Source: a virus
IMG/VR virus record: IMGVR_UViG_3300037470_000304
Coordinates: 1-58,664 of that record
Length of the DNA: 58,664 nt
Direction: 5' to 3' (one strand)
Shown piece after piece: positions 34,784 to 42,697 of the stretch (the stretch's first letter is position 1; each line of letters starts with the position of its first letter). The position numbers and the translations under genes are program-made. Below the pieces are notes generated by a model. It did no database searches. It was not told the origin of the DNA and worked only from the letters and a program-made list of their open reading frames with translations.

Positions 34784-34977
34784 TTGCCCTCTACCTTCAC
34801 CGGCCAGCCAAGCGGCCCTTCCTTCATTTCGAAGTGCCGGTATAGCTCAGCGGCTTTTCTCCTTTCCTGCTGCTCAGCCCACAAAATTGTCGCCGCACTG
34901 CAAGTGATTGCCGTTATTTCCAAACGCGCGGCAGACCTCGCCCATTCCATCAGAGCCGTAAGCTGCAAATCAGTCAT
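34780..34977 (-). CDS. Hypothetical 65-aa protein
   Basis: ATGA overlap with the downstream ORF. Confidence 0.45.
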   Translation of the reverse strand: MTDLQLTALMEWARSAARLEITAITCSAATILWAEQQERRKAAELYRHFEMKEGPLGWPVKVEGK

Positions 34978-35005
34978 CTCAACCTCAATTTTGCTCCGTC
35001 TTCAT

Positions 35006-35188
35006 GTGCGGCACTTTTTGCCCGCCAGCTTCTTCGCCGCATCCGCGCTCGCCGGCTTTGCCGCACTGCCGCACCTCCTCCCCCCCCTTCGGGGGGGATA
35101 GGGGATGCGGCAGCAAGTGCGGCAGTCCTACGGCGGCATTTGCCGCACTTGTTTTCGCGTGGTGCGGCATCGGTGCGGCAGTGCGGCA
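35006..35188. repeat. Iteron cluster, candidate replication origin
   Basis: GTGCGGCA at 35006, 35117, 35162, 35173 and 35181 (ATGCGGCA at 35105). The complement TGCCGCAC occurs at 35059, 35067 and 35141. C7-TTC-G7 hairpin at 35081-35097. Confidence 0.6.
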
Positions 35189-35190
35189 AA

Positions 35191-36495
35191 TCATTCCATT
35201 TCCTCCGACTGCTGACGGCCGCCGAAGTCCCAATTTCCGAGCGCGAAATAGTCCCGCAACTCGCGCCGATTATCCTTGTGCTCCTCGATGACGAGCGCGC
35301 CGCTTTTCAGCCATGCATCGATCATCTTGGCAATGCGCCGCTTGCCCGCCTTGTCCTTGGTGTCAATGCCGAGCACGCAGCCGATGGCATGGCCGCCCCA
35401 CTCGTTGGCCTGCATGCTGACGCGGTAGCGCCGCGCGCCAATGACACGCATCGCGGCGTCGATCATCTCCCAGGGGATGTCTTCGAACAGCGCTGGCGTT
35501 TTGAATTCGGCGACCACTTGGACGCTGTCGGGCTTGACGTTATCGGCGTCGGCTGCCTCCGAGGCATTCTCCAGCGAGACGCTCATCAGCTTGAGCCATG
35601 CAACCTTGTCCGGCGGCGGAGCCATGTTCTGCTTGCTGTCGCCGATGCGGATATGCCGATAGGCCTGGTCGGGCTCGATGCCCATCGTGACGGCCTCTTC
35701 ATCGGTCATGCGCACGATCAGCCGGGCGTCCCTGACGGCTCCAATCTGCGACGAGGCCCCGCGTGCATCCTCGATGCTCCTGGCCTGTCCAGAGCTCGCC
35801 TTGCGGCTGTGGATGACCAATTCCACGGCGACGTTGGCTTTTTCCGCGATATCGACCCAGGCCGTGTAGGTGGCTTCCATCGCGCCGTTGTCGTTCTCGG
35901 GGACACGATGGGTTTTCACGAAAGGGTCGACGGTGAACACGTCGATGCCGTTGCTGGTCATGGCTTGGATAAGCGCATCGATATCGGGAACATTGATCTG
36001 CACGCCGCCGATGCGCTGTTCGGCGATAATCAGCTTGGTGTCGCGGAAGCTCTCGACGAACAGGCGATCGCCGCAGTCGGCCGGCTTGATGCCGTAGAAC
36101 TTCATGGCCGCCAGGAAGCGGCGGTCCAGCTCGTCCTGGTCATCCTCGCCGATATACCAGATGCGCTTGGGCGCGCGCGGGGCATGGCCGAGCAGCATTC
36201 GGCCGGTGACGAGGGCGAGCATGTCCGCCGTGACCAGCGCGGACTTGCCCAGGCCTCCAGGCGCAATCGTCGCGCCAACATAGCGCCTGATGTAGTGGGC
36301 GCCCATGATGAAAGGGCGCGGCGGGATGAGTTTGGGATCGCGGAAGACGAAGCCGCGCGGCTTGATGATGCGCGTCACGGGATCGACCATCCAGCGGCCG
36401 GCATCGCGGGCGTTGTCGACATAGCGATCATACGCCGGATCCGGGCTCTCATGGTCGATGCGCCTGATGTTGCTGGTCAGCATTTCAAGCGCCAT
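35191..36495 (-). CDS. RepA/DnaB-like RecA-fold replication ATPase (AAA_25-like)
   Basis: Walker A APGGLGKS, Walker B-like IDVFTVDPF. Start trimmed to MALEML. Confidence 0.65.
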   Translation of the reverse strand: MALEMLTSNIRRIDHESPDPAYDRYVDNARDAGRWMVDPVTRIIKPRGFVFRDPKLIPPRPFIMGAHYIRRYVGATIAPGGLGKSALVTADMLALVTGRMLLGHAPRAPKRIWYIGEDDQDELDRRFLAAMKFYGIKPADCGDRLFVESFRDTKLIIAEQRIGGVQINVPDIDALIQAMTSNGIDVFTVDPFVKTHRVPENDNGAMEATYTAWVDIAEKANVAVELVIHSRKASSGQARSIEDARGASSQIGAVRDARLIVRMTDEEAVTMGIEPDQAYRHIRIGDSKQNMAPPPDKVAWLKLMSVSLENASEAADADNVKPDSVQVVAEFKTPALFEDIPWEMIDAAMRVIGARRYRVSMQANEWGGHAIGCVLGIDTKDKAGKRRIAKMIDAWLKSGALVIEEHKDNRRELRDYFALGNWDFGGRQQSEEME

Positions 36496-36772
36496 TGCGC
36501 CGCCTCGCATACGCCACCTGGGCCATCCAGATGATGAACTCCGGGCCGAGATAGTCGCGCACCTCACCCTCGGTCATGCGGCCCGCTTTCAGCGCTTCAC
36601 CGGCGACTTCGATGAATGCCAGGATCTCGTTGCAGTCGCGCCAGAGGTCGCGCAGATCAGCGAGCAGCGCGGCTTTGGCCCGTGCCGATAGCGCGCGGCG
36701 GAGCTTGGCCGTTTCCGGGTCGGCGGGCGGCTGGCGGACTTCGGGCGCTACAGCCTCGGCGGTTTCGGTCAT
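36485..36772 (-). CDS. Hypothetical 95-aa protein
   Basis: ORF on the early-left strand overlapping the ATPase start by 11 nt. Confidence 0.5.
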   Translation of the reverse strand: MTETAEAVAPEVRQPPADPETAKLRRALSARAKAALLADLRDLWRDCNEILAFIEVAGEALKAGRMTEGEVRDYLGPEFIIWMAQVAYARRRNGA

Positions 36773-36799
36773 GGGAACTCACGGCCACAGGGGGAGAGG

Positions 36800-37069
36800 C
36801 TACCGGACAGCGCTATTCAGGCGGTCTTCGACCAGCTTCGCGTAGCCGGCGATGTCGTGCCAACTGTCGGCATAATCAGGATCGCCGTTGAGGATACGGG
36901 CGATCTTGTGCTGGATCATATCCAGCGCCTCCTTCTGGTCTGGCGCGAGATCGTGATGGTTGGGATGGGCGCGCATCGTGTCCTTGAGCGCCTGCGCCAC
37001 CTCGGCATGCCCGGTGAATGCGCCATAGCGCTTGCCGCGTTCGGCGAGAGTTGCTGCTACGTCAGACAT
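36800..37069 (-). CDS. Hypothetical 89-aa protein
   Basis: ORF overlapping the thyX end by 8 nt. No family confidently recognised. Confidence 0.5.
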   Translation of the reverse strand: MSDVAATLAERGKRYGAFTGHAEVAQALKDTMRAHPNHHDLAPDQKEALDMIQHKIARILNGDPDYADSWHDIAGYAKLVEDRLNSAVR

Positions 37070-37715
37070 TTTGCGTTACCTCGATGGCTTCAAAAACGGC
37101 GGGGAGATACGGGCACAGTTCGGCTTCAATGGCGGTCGCGACATCGCGATGCTCAAGCTGGGTTGCGGGGTCGGTCCGAACGGCGAGATAGTGAATCCAG
37201 GAGCGAAGCGTGCCTGCCATGTAGAGACGACTGGGCGTCATGCCCTCGGGAAGCACGGCACGGGCCACTTCTTTCGCGATGCCGTGCTCGATCGCCCATT
37301 CATAGGCGCCGAGCGCTGCCGATGCGGCATCCTCCTGCATCCGGAGCCACTGCTCATGCCTGTTGTCGTCCGGCGGAATGGTGAGCGAACTCTGACGGTT
37401 CTTCTGGTCCTGCAACCGCGCAACGCGCTTGACGATGCCCAGCGCGCTTGCATCAGCATAGCGCTGCGAGAACTCCTGAAAGCTGAAACTGCGGTGCCTC
37501 AGTATCTGGCGCGCGATGTCGCGGGTGGTGTTAACCTCGACGCAGGCCGCGACCATCTCGAACGGTGACCAGTGCCGATTGCGAATCAGGTAGTTGATCA
37601 GCCGCGCGCTGTTTTCGCCAGTTTCCTGGCTCTTCGGGTTCGACACGCGCGCCATATGCACGAGCAGTGCTTCGGCGTCCGGTGTGATCCAGACAAGTTT
37701 CACGTCTTGCGTCAT
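37062..37715 (-). CDS. thyX: FAD-dependent thymidylate synthase
   Basis: ThyX signature RHRSFSFQEFSQR. Start trimmed to MTQDVKL. Confidence 0.85.
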   Translation of the reverse strand: MTQDVKLVWITPDAEALLVHMARVSNPKSQETGENSARLINYLIRNRHWSPFEMVAACVEVNTTRDIARQILRHRSFSFQEFSQRYADASALGIVKRVARLQDQKNRQSSLTIPPDDNRHEQWLRMQEDAASAALGAYEWAIEHGIAKEVARAVLPEGMTPSRLYMAGTLRSWIHYLAVRTDPATQLEHRDVATAIEAELCPYLPAVFEAIEVTQNV

Positions 37716-37722
37716 ATGAACC

Positions 37723-38133
37723 TCAGAACAAGTCTTCGATGCTGTCATTGAAGGCGGTCGTCATTGTCGTCAGCGGCCTCTGGCTATCGACCTTCCCCCC
37801 GCGCGGCTTTCGCGGCGCCTTGGGCTTGGCCCGCCCGATGAGGCCCTTGGGCTGGACAACATCGGCGGACACCTGCCATCCGGACTTGGTGCCGCCCTCG
37901 GACTCCCAGTGCCGTTGCTTCATCTTGCCCTCGCAATAGACCTCGACGCCTTTGAGGAGGCTGGGGGCCAGCTCGGTGAGATGATCGGACCATGCGCTGA
38001 CGTTCAGCCATACGGCGTCGGCATCCTCGCCAACGATGACGGAGAACACGAGGAACGGCCGTCCGGCTTGTGTGGTTTTCAGCTCGGCGTCGCGGCCCAA
38101 TTTGCCCTCGAAGGCGCATGCGATGCCTCTCAT
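37723..38133 (-). CDS. ssb: Single-stranded DNA-binding protein
   Basis: OB-fold-like N-terminus, Gly/Pro/Lys linker, acidic tip DSIEDLF. Confidence 0.75.
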   Translation of the reverse strand: MRGIACAFEGKLGRDAELKTTQAGRPFLVFSVIVGEDADAVWLNVSAWSDHLTELAPSLLKGVEVYCEGKMKQRHWESEGGTKSGWQVSADVVQPKGLIGRAKPKAPRKPRGGKVDSQRPLTTMTTAFNDSIEDLF

Positions 38134-38435
38134 GCGGATGCCTCTTCACGTTGGCGCGGCCACACAAACGGGGCCATGCCGAACCGCGCGCACACGCTGC
38201 CAAGTTGCCCGTGGCCGATGCCGATGGCGGCCGCCGCGTCTGGACCTGTCATGCCTTGGGCTTGCGCGTGCTCAATTGCTGCGATCATTTCGGCCCGTCT
38301 TTCAGCTCTGCACTGGCGTCGCGTGTCTTGGAAGGCCACTCGTGGAAGCCTGGTCCGCTTCCGGAACAGCTCGCAGCACATGGTGCAGAAGCTGTGGTAA
38401 TGCGGCGGCTCCCCGCATTCCGGGCACAGGGCCAT
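38130..38435 (-). CDS. Zn-ribbon plus HTH-like small protein
   Basis: CPECGEPPHYHSFCTMCC, then GMTGPDAAAAIGIGHGQLGSV. Start trimmed to MALCPEC. Confidence 0.5.
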   Translation of the reverse strand: MALCPECGEPPHYHSFCTMCCELFRKRTRLPRVAFQDTRRQCRAERRAEMIAAIEHAQAQGMTGPDAAAAIGIGHGQLGSVCARFGMAPFVWPRQREEASA

Positions 38436-38950
38436 TACGCTCTCCGCAAGAACCGTTGCCGTGCGATTGGATCGATCGCCCGCGCATGGTGGTGGCGGCA
38501 ATAGACGTGGCTGTGTGGATCGCGCGGCTCGCCGCAGAACAGCCAGCCCTCGGCGCCGCCATCGTTGAGCGGCCAGCGGCAGACGTCGCGGCTCAGCGCG
38601 TCGAAGGTGATGGGCTCGCGGTCGGGGGAGGGCGGGATGCTGGCCGGCAGTCGCTCGGGTGGCGGGGCTGGTTGGGGCGCGGTTTGCTGCGAGCGGGGGA
38701 AGATGCCGTCATTGCGGTTGGGGGATTTGGGCTTGGCGGTTGGGAGAGCGGGGCGTTCTGTCGTCTTCAGTTGCACGATTTTGCCGCGAACAAGATGCAG
38801 GCGTTTGATTTTGCCAGCGACCGCGCTAGACGAGATACCGAAACGAGCGCTGATCTGCGCCTGCGAGCAGCCATCCGCCCAGAGTCGTTTCAGTTCCGCG
38901 ACGCGCTCGTCCGTCCAGTCGAAGCTGTCGCCGGTGTATATCCGCGTCAT
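38435..38950 (-). CDS. gcrA: GcrA-like cell-cycle regulator homologue
   Basis: WTDERVAELKRLWADGCSQAQISARFGISSSAVAGKIKRLHL and C-terminal CRWPL...FCGEP...YCRHH match the GcrA pattern. Start trimmed to MTRIY. Confidence 0.7.
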   Translation of the reverse strand: MTRIYTGDSFDWTDERVAELKRLWADGCSQAQISARFGISSSAVAGKIKRLHLVRGKIVQLKTTERPALPTAKPKSPNRNDGIFPRSQQTAPQPAPPPERLPASIPPSPDREPITFDALSRDVCRWPLNDGGAEGWLFCGEPRDPHSHVYCRHHHARAIDPIARQRFLRRA

Positions 38951-39273
38951 GCAGCCTCGCTGAATTGCAGCCGATAGCCGGTGCGCTTGATGTTGCTGAT
39001 GCAAATGCCCATGAGCTTCAGCTTGCGGTTCAGTTTGGAAATCAGCGAAAATATCGTCGCCGGGTTGCCGTTGCCCACGCCATAGACGCGGTCGAGCATG
39101 ACCTGGAGCGGCACGCCTGCCGGATACGCCGTGCGCAGGACTTCCGCGATTTCGGTTTCGCGGCGGGTGAGCTCGGCGCTGCGCTCGCCATAGACCGCCA
39201 CATTGGCTTGCAGGCAGACCATCAGTCGACTGTCAGGAGCGGGGGTGCCGCATGTGGGGCAACACGCCATCAC
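38947..39273 (-). CDS. OmpR/PhoB-type winged-helix DNA-binding protein
   Basis: LTRRETEIAEVL...LISKLNRKLKLMGICISNIKRTGYRL resembles a Trans_reg_C domain. N-terminal CPTC. Confidence 0.55.
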   Translation of the reverse strand: MMACCPTCGTPAPDSRLMVCLQANVAVYGERSAELTRRETEIAEVLRTAYPAGVPLQVMLDRVYGVGNGNPATIFSLISKLNRKLKLMGICISNIKRTGYRLQFSEAA

Positions 39274-39524
39274 GCGGCATCCTCTTTGCGGGGCTGGCGC
39301 TCCTTGAGCGCAGCCAGCGCCATCTTATGCAAGGCGCTCATGGGCAGGCGCAGGCGGTGCCTTTTGCGGGCGGCCAAAATCACCGGCTCCCAATGGGGAA
39401 GGTCAATAAATCCGCGCTTCTTCCAGCCGTAGACGGTCTGCTCCGGCAGACCGACATCATCCGCAAGGCGGTTCAAAGGCTTCCAGAGGGCGAGGAGTTC
39501 GGGGAAGGTTTGGGGGGTGCTCAT
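39270..39524 (-). CDS. Cro/YdaS-like HTH protein (first leftward gene)
   Basis: LADDVGLPEQTVYGWKKRGFI. Divergent from the repressor gene across the operators. Confidence 0.55.
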   Translation of the reverse strand: MSTPQTFPELLALWKPLNRLADDVGLPEQTVYGWKKRGFIDLPHWEPVILAARKRHRLRLPMSALHKMALAALKERQPRKEDAA

Positions 39525-39537
39525 GTCCCCTACCGTG

Positions 39538-39596
39538 GTCCAGAATTGGACCGAACGTCAAGGGGGTAACGTGACGGCTTCGGTCCAATTCTGGAC
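39538..39596. promoter_or_regulatory. Switch operators: two GTCCA-N4-TGGAC sites inside an 18-bp inverted repeat
   Basis: GTCCAGAATTGGACCGAA (39538-39555) and TTCGGTCCAATTCTGGAC (39579-39596). Confidence 0.6.
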
Positions 39597-39661
39597 GGCG
39601 CACGGCATTCAAAAATGACAAGCCAGTGGAAATCGCCGCCTAAAAATTATACTGTCGGTCC

Positions 39662-40549
39662 ATGAGTGACCACATTGATACCGAGAAACAGACCGAAGAG
39701 GAGCGCGAACGGCTCAAGCTGTTCGGCAAGCGCCTGGAGCTGGCTGTACTGCTCGCCGGCAGTTCCAACACAGCGTTCATCAAGAGGATCGTGGCAGCCC
39801 GCATTTGCTCGAAGGGGTCGTTTTACAATCACACTGGGGGGGTGAATAAGCCGCAGGATAAGATGGTCTACGCCTATGAAGACCTGCTCGGTGTTCCCCG
39901 TGGCTGGCTGTGGCGGCGGGACTTCACCTCGGATGAACTGGATGAGGTCAGGGACGCGCTGAAAGACGGCGAGGCCGACAATCCGACGCTGGTTAAAATC
40001 CGGGCGTCCATCCCGAAATCCCGGATTGGAAACAATGTTGTTGATCTGCAAATTAACCATTCAGGCAAACAAAACGCCTCACAATCTTCCATAACCGTAG
40101 GAATCCGTCATATTCCGATACTCCCTAAGGATAAGATCAGCGCTTGGCTGGCCGGGGAGAGGTCGTTTGAGATGTTGTCGGCGAAACCATTGCCTATACC
40201 GGACATGCCCAATCTGGGGCCTCGCACCTGGGCGCATCCTATAGCCGATAACGATTTTTCCATGACCGGCCCAGGCGACATCTCCTACCCACCACGCACC
40301 CTGCTCACGGTCGATCCCGATCAGACAATCGTGCCGGGGGACCGGATCGTCATCCGCAAGCGCGGCGTGGGCGAGTGGCTGGTGCGCAGATACCAAGCCC
40401 CCTGGCCGCTGCCGGCGGACCTCGCCAAGGCGCAGGAATTCACGCTCGTCGCGGCCAACCCGTCCTTCGAGCCGATTCGCGTGACCAACCCCAGCGATTG
40501 GGAAGTCGGCGGCTGTGTGATGCTCTCCACCAAACTGGAAAAATACTGA
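39662..40549 (+). CDS. cI-like repressor with S24 (LexA-type) peptidase-like C-terminal domain
   Basis: AT-richer gene. C-terminal DNDFSMTGPGD...VPGDRIVIRKRG...WLVRRY resembles the S24 fold. The catalytic Lys is not obvious. Confidence 0.55.
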   Translation: MSDHIDTEKQTEEERERLKLFGKRLELAVLLAGSSNTAFIKRIVAARICSKGSFYNHTGGVNKPQDKMVYAYEDLLGVPRGWLWRRDFTSDELDEVRDALKDGEADNPTLVKIRASIPKSRIGNNVVDLQINHSGKQNASQSSITVGIRHIPILPKDKISAWLAGERSFEMLSAKPLPIPDMPNLGPRTWAHPIADNDFSMTGPGDISYPPRTLLTVDPDQTIVPGDRIVIRKRGVGEWLVRRYQAPWPLPADLAKAQEFTLVAANPSFEPIRVTNPSDWEVGGCVMLSTKLEKY

Positions 40550-40590
40550 TTGGACCAGTAGTCCAATTTTGGACTTGACCACCAGTCCAA
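40550..40590. promoter_or_regulatory. Operator-like palindromes next to a TTGACC box
   Basis: TTGGACCAGTAGTCCAA (40550-40566), GTCCAATTTTGGAC (40561-40574), TTGACC (40575-40580). Confidence 0.5.
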
Positions 40591-40674
40591 CGCGTGGCCA
40601 TATGGTGCTACGGCAAGGTCATATCCTGACTGAGCCGCAGCCCCCCCTTCTCGGGGCGTTTCCTCCTCTAACTT

Positions 40675-40713
40675 GAGGTCCGCCGCGGTTCCCCCAAAGC
40701 GGACCTCCTTTTT
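40675..40713 (+). terminator. Rho-independent terminator/attenuator before the first rightward gene
   Basis: GAGGTCCGC (40675-40683) pairs with GCGGACCTC (40699-40707), followed by CTTTTT. The RBS ggagag and the ATG at 40725 follow. Confidence 0.55.
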
Positions 40714-40724
40714 CGGAGAGTCCC

Positions 40725-41111
40725 ATGTTCACCACGCAATGCGCGTTCGAGCGGACCCAGGCCGGGATTATCTTCCTGCCCAGCGATGCCGTCGCCGATG
40801 ATCACCCGCGTCTGTGCGATCTGCGCGTCCATTTTTCCATTGGCCGGCTCTATCCGCCGGAAAACGACAACGGCTCGGGTTTGACCTGGGATGGCGGTAT
40901 CGCCTCCATCGAATGGTTGCCTTATGGCACCGATCCCTTTGTCATCGCCTATGACACGGCAATGCACCACCGCCAGCCGGACCATTGGTTAACGCTGCGC
41001 AATGAGACATTCGATGCCGCCAAGACCTTCCTGCTGCGCTATCACGGCAATGCGCTGTGGCAGCAGGAGAGCGATGCTGCGCATGAGCAATTTTACGGCG
41101 AGGCCGCGTGA
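40725..41111 (+). CDS. Hypothetical protein (first rightward early gene)
   Basis: 128-aa ORF with RBS ggagag. Confidence 0.5.
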   Translation: MFTTQCAFERTQAGIIFLPSDAVADDHPRLCDLRVHFSIGRLYPPENDNGSGLTWDGGIASIEWLPYGTDPFVIAYDTAMHHRQPDHWLTLRNETFDAAKTFLLRYHGNALWQQESDAAHEQFYGEAA

Positions 41112-41488
41112 TGGCCCGCAACGGCTTTGCCCATGATTTCGCACACGACCTGGACCGGCATTTGAAGCTGGTGGCATCTCAGGAGCGGTCTCGGGAACGC
41201 TTCGCCACTTGGCAGGCCCAACTGAGCGCCCCCCCGGCACAACCCGTCGTCATCGATCAGGCCCCGGCCGACGTGCCTGCCGCCTGGAAGCTGGCTGCGG
41301 CCAACGCGGCCTACGCCGCCGTGTTGTTCTGGCAGGCGGTGCGCCTGACCGCGATTGCCGCAACTGGGCGCTACCACGCGCTGCTGAACGGCACCCTTGA
41401 CACGAAGACCCGTGACTTTCTCACCGGGGCGAGCGTCGGCGGATGGGCCTGCACTCTCATACTGATTGCGCTTTTCATCTGGAGATAA
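41108..41488 (+). CDS. Hypothetical protein with C-terminal TM helix
   Basis: ATGA overlap. GGWACTLILIALFIW at the C-terminus. Confidence 0.5.
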   Translation: MMARNGFAHDFAHDLDRHLKLVASQERSRERFATWQAQLSAPPAQPVVIDQAPADVPAAWKLAAANAAYAAVLFWQAVRLTAIAATGRYHALLNGTLDTKTRDFLTGASVGGWACTLILIALFIWR

Positions 41489-41492
41489 TTTC

Positions 41493-41852
41493 ATGACATG
41501 GCCAGTAAATCCGGCGCTTGATGCGCTGCACGACGCCGCTCTCACCTATGCCAACATCCATGGCGTCGACGCCATGCTGCGGTGGCTCGCGAACGAGGCA
41601 TCCCGTCTGCGCATGACGCGCGATGTGTTCACCAAGCGCCGCGCCGATGCGGGGGTGGTGATCGTGGAAGCTGCGGCGGAGATCGATGCCGAGCATGAAG
41701 CAACTCTCCGTGTCCTCGAACGGTACGCCGACCCAGGGTTCTACCGCGAGACCAAACGCAAGCCGGTCAGCGAGGTGATGGCGGACGGTGGCGCGATGGC
41801 GCGCGCCCGTCTCGATGAGATCGAATCCCTGTTCGGCGAGGACGGCAAATGA
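41493..41852 (+). CDS. Hypothetical protein
   Basis: Start trimmed to MTWPVNP. The track ORF starts at 41466. Confidence 0.5.
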   Translation: MTWPVNPALDALHDAALTYANIHGVDAMLRWLANEASRLRMTRDVFTKRRADAGVVIVEAAAEIDAEHEATLRVLERYADPGFYRETKRKPVSEVMADGGAMARARLDEIESLFGEDGK

Positions 41853-42184
41853 GCCCCGATCTCGAACGCGCCCGCGACTTCACCAAGGACAATCCGCTGT
41901 TCGGCGAATGGCTGATCGCCGTCGCGGTTTCCTATGGCAGCATCTCCTACCACACAAAGCTGCGCGAGGAGCGCAGCCCCGGCGCCGGGCGGCAGGAGCG
42001 CATGGCCGCTGTGACGCGTGCCTGGGCGGTCGTCCACGGGACGCTGGAGATGCAGAAGCTCGAACCTCGGGCAGGTCGCTCCAAGGCCGTGTTCGAAGCG
42101 CTGGTGGAGATGGCGGCCCAGATTGGGCTGCTCGCCACCGATGGCGTCGCCGGTTACCCCTATGACCCGGCGGAGGTGATGTGA
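41849..42184 (+). CDS. Hypothetical protein
   Basis: ATGA-coupled 111-aa ORF. Confidence 0.5.
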   Translation: MSPDLERARDFTKDNPLFGEWLIAVAVSYGSISYHTKLREERSPGAGRQERMAAVTRAWAVVHGTLEMQKLEPRAGRSKAVFEALVEMAAQIGLLATDGVAGYPYDPAEVM

Positions 42185-42465
42185 TGGCTGAGCAGCCGAA
42201 GTTTACGCCGGGGCCGTGGTGGGCAGAGCAAGACGGGCCGCGCGTCATCATCCTGGCGAAGGTGGGGCCGCTTCGGGTGAGCCCCGGCACAGCCAACTCT
42301 GAGGGCGATGCGCATCTGATCGCCGCCGCGCCTGAACTGTATGAGGCCTGCCGCATCGCTCTTAAGTTCTGGAACAGCGATCACCCGAACGACGACTGCG
42401 AGGGCATTGAAGCACACGAATACATCAAGACCGCCCTCGCCAAAGCGGAGGGGCGCAATGTCTGA
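42181..42465 (+). CDS. Hypothetical protein
   Basis: ATGA-coupled 94-aa ORF. Confidence 0.5.
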   Translation: MMAEQPKFTPGPWWAEQDGPRVIILAKVGPLRVSPGTANSEGDAHLIAAAPELYEACRIALKFWNSDHPNDDCEGIEAHEYIKTALAKAEGRNV

Positions 42466-42697
42466 CACCGACATTGGGCTCCTCATCGCCGGCGGCGTCA
42501 CGCTGGCGGCGACATTCGCGCTGATCTGGCTGCTCATGGAGAAGTGCATCCGATTGGAGCGCTGCATCGATGCGTTGGCCGAAAAGCTTGGCAGCGTGAA
42601 ACTGGAGATCGGTGTGTTGAAGGCCGATCTGGCGGCGCACAAAACAACCAGCGTGTTCACGGCCCATGCGGCCCAGCGCGAGAGTGCCCGCCAATGA
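42458..42697 (+). CDS. Small membrane/coiled-coil protein
   Basis: MSDTDIGLLIAGGVTLAATFALIWLL TM helix. Start trimmed within the track ORF 42341..42697. Confidence 0.45.
   Translation: MSDTDIGLLIAGGVTLAATFALIWLLMEKCIRLERCIDALAEKLGSVKLEIGVLKADLAAHKTTSVFTAHAAQRESARQ

Noticed and set aside
34974-35233. Two overlapping minus-strand ORFs (71 and 82 aa) across the iteron region.
   Set aside because: Their sequences are dictated by the GTGCGGCA repeats and G/C runs. The region is interpreted as a non-coding origin.
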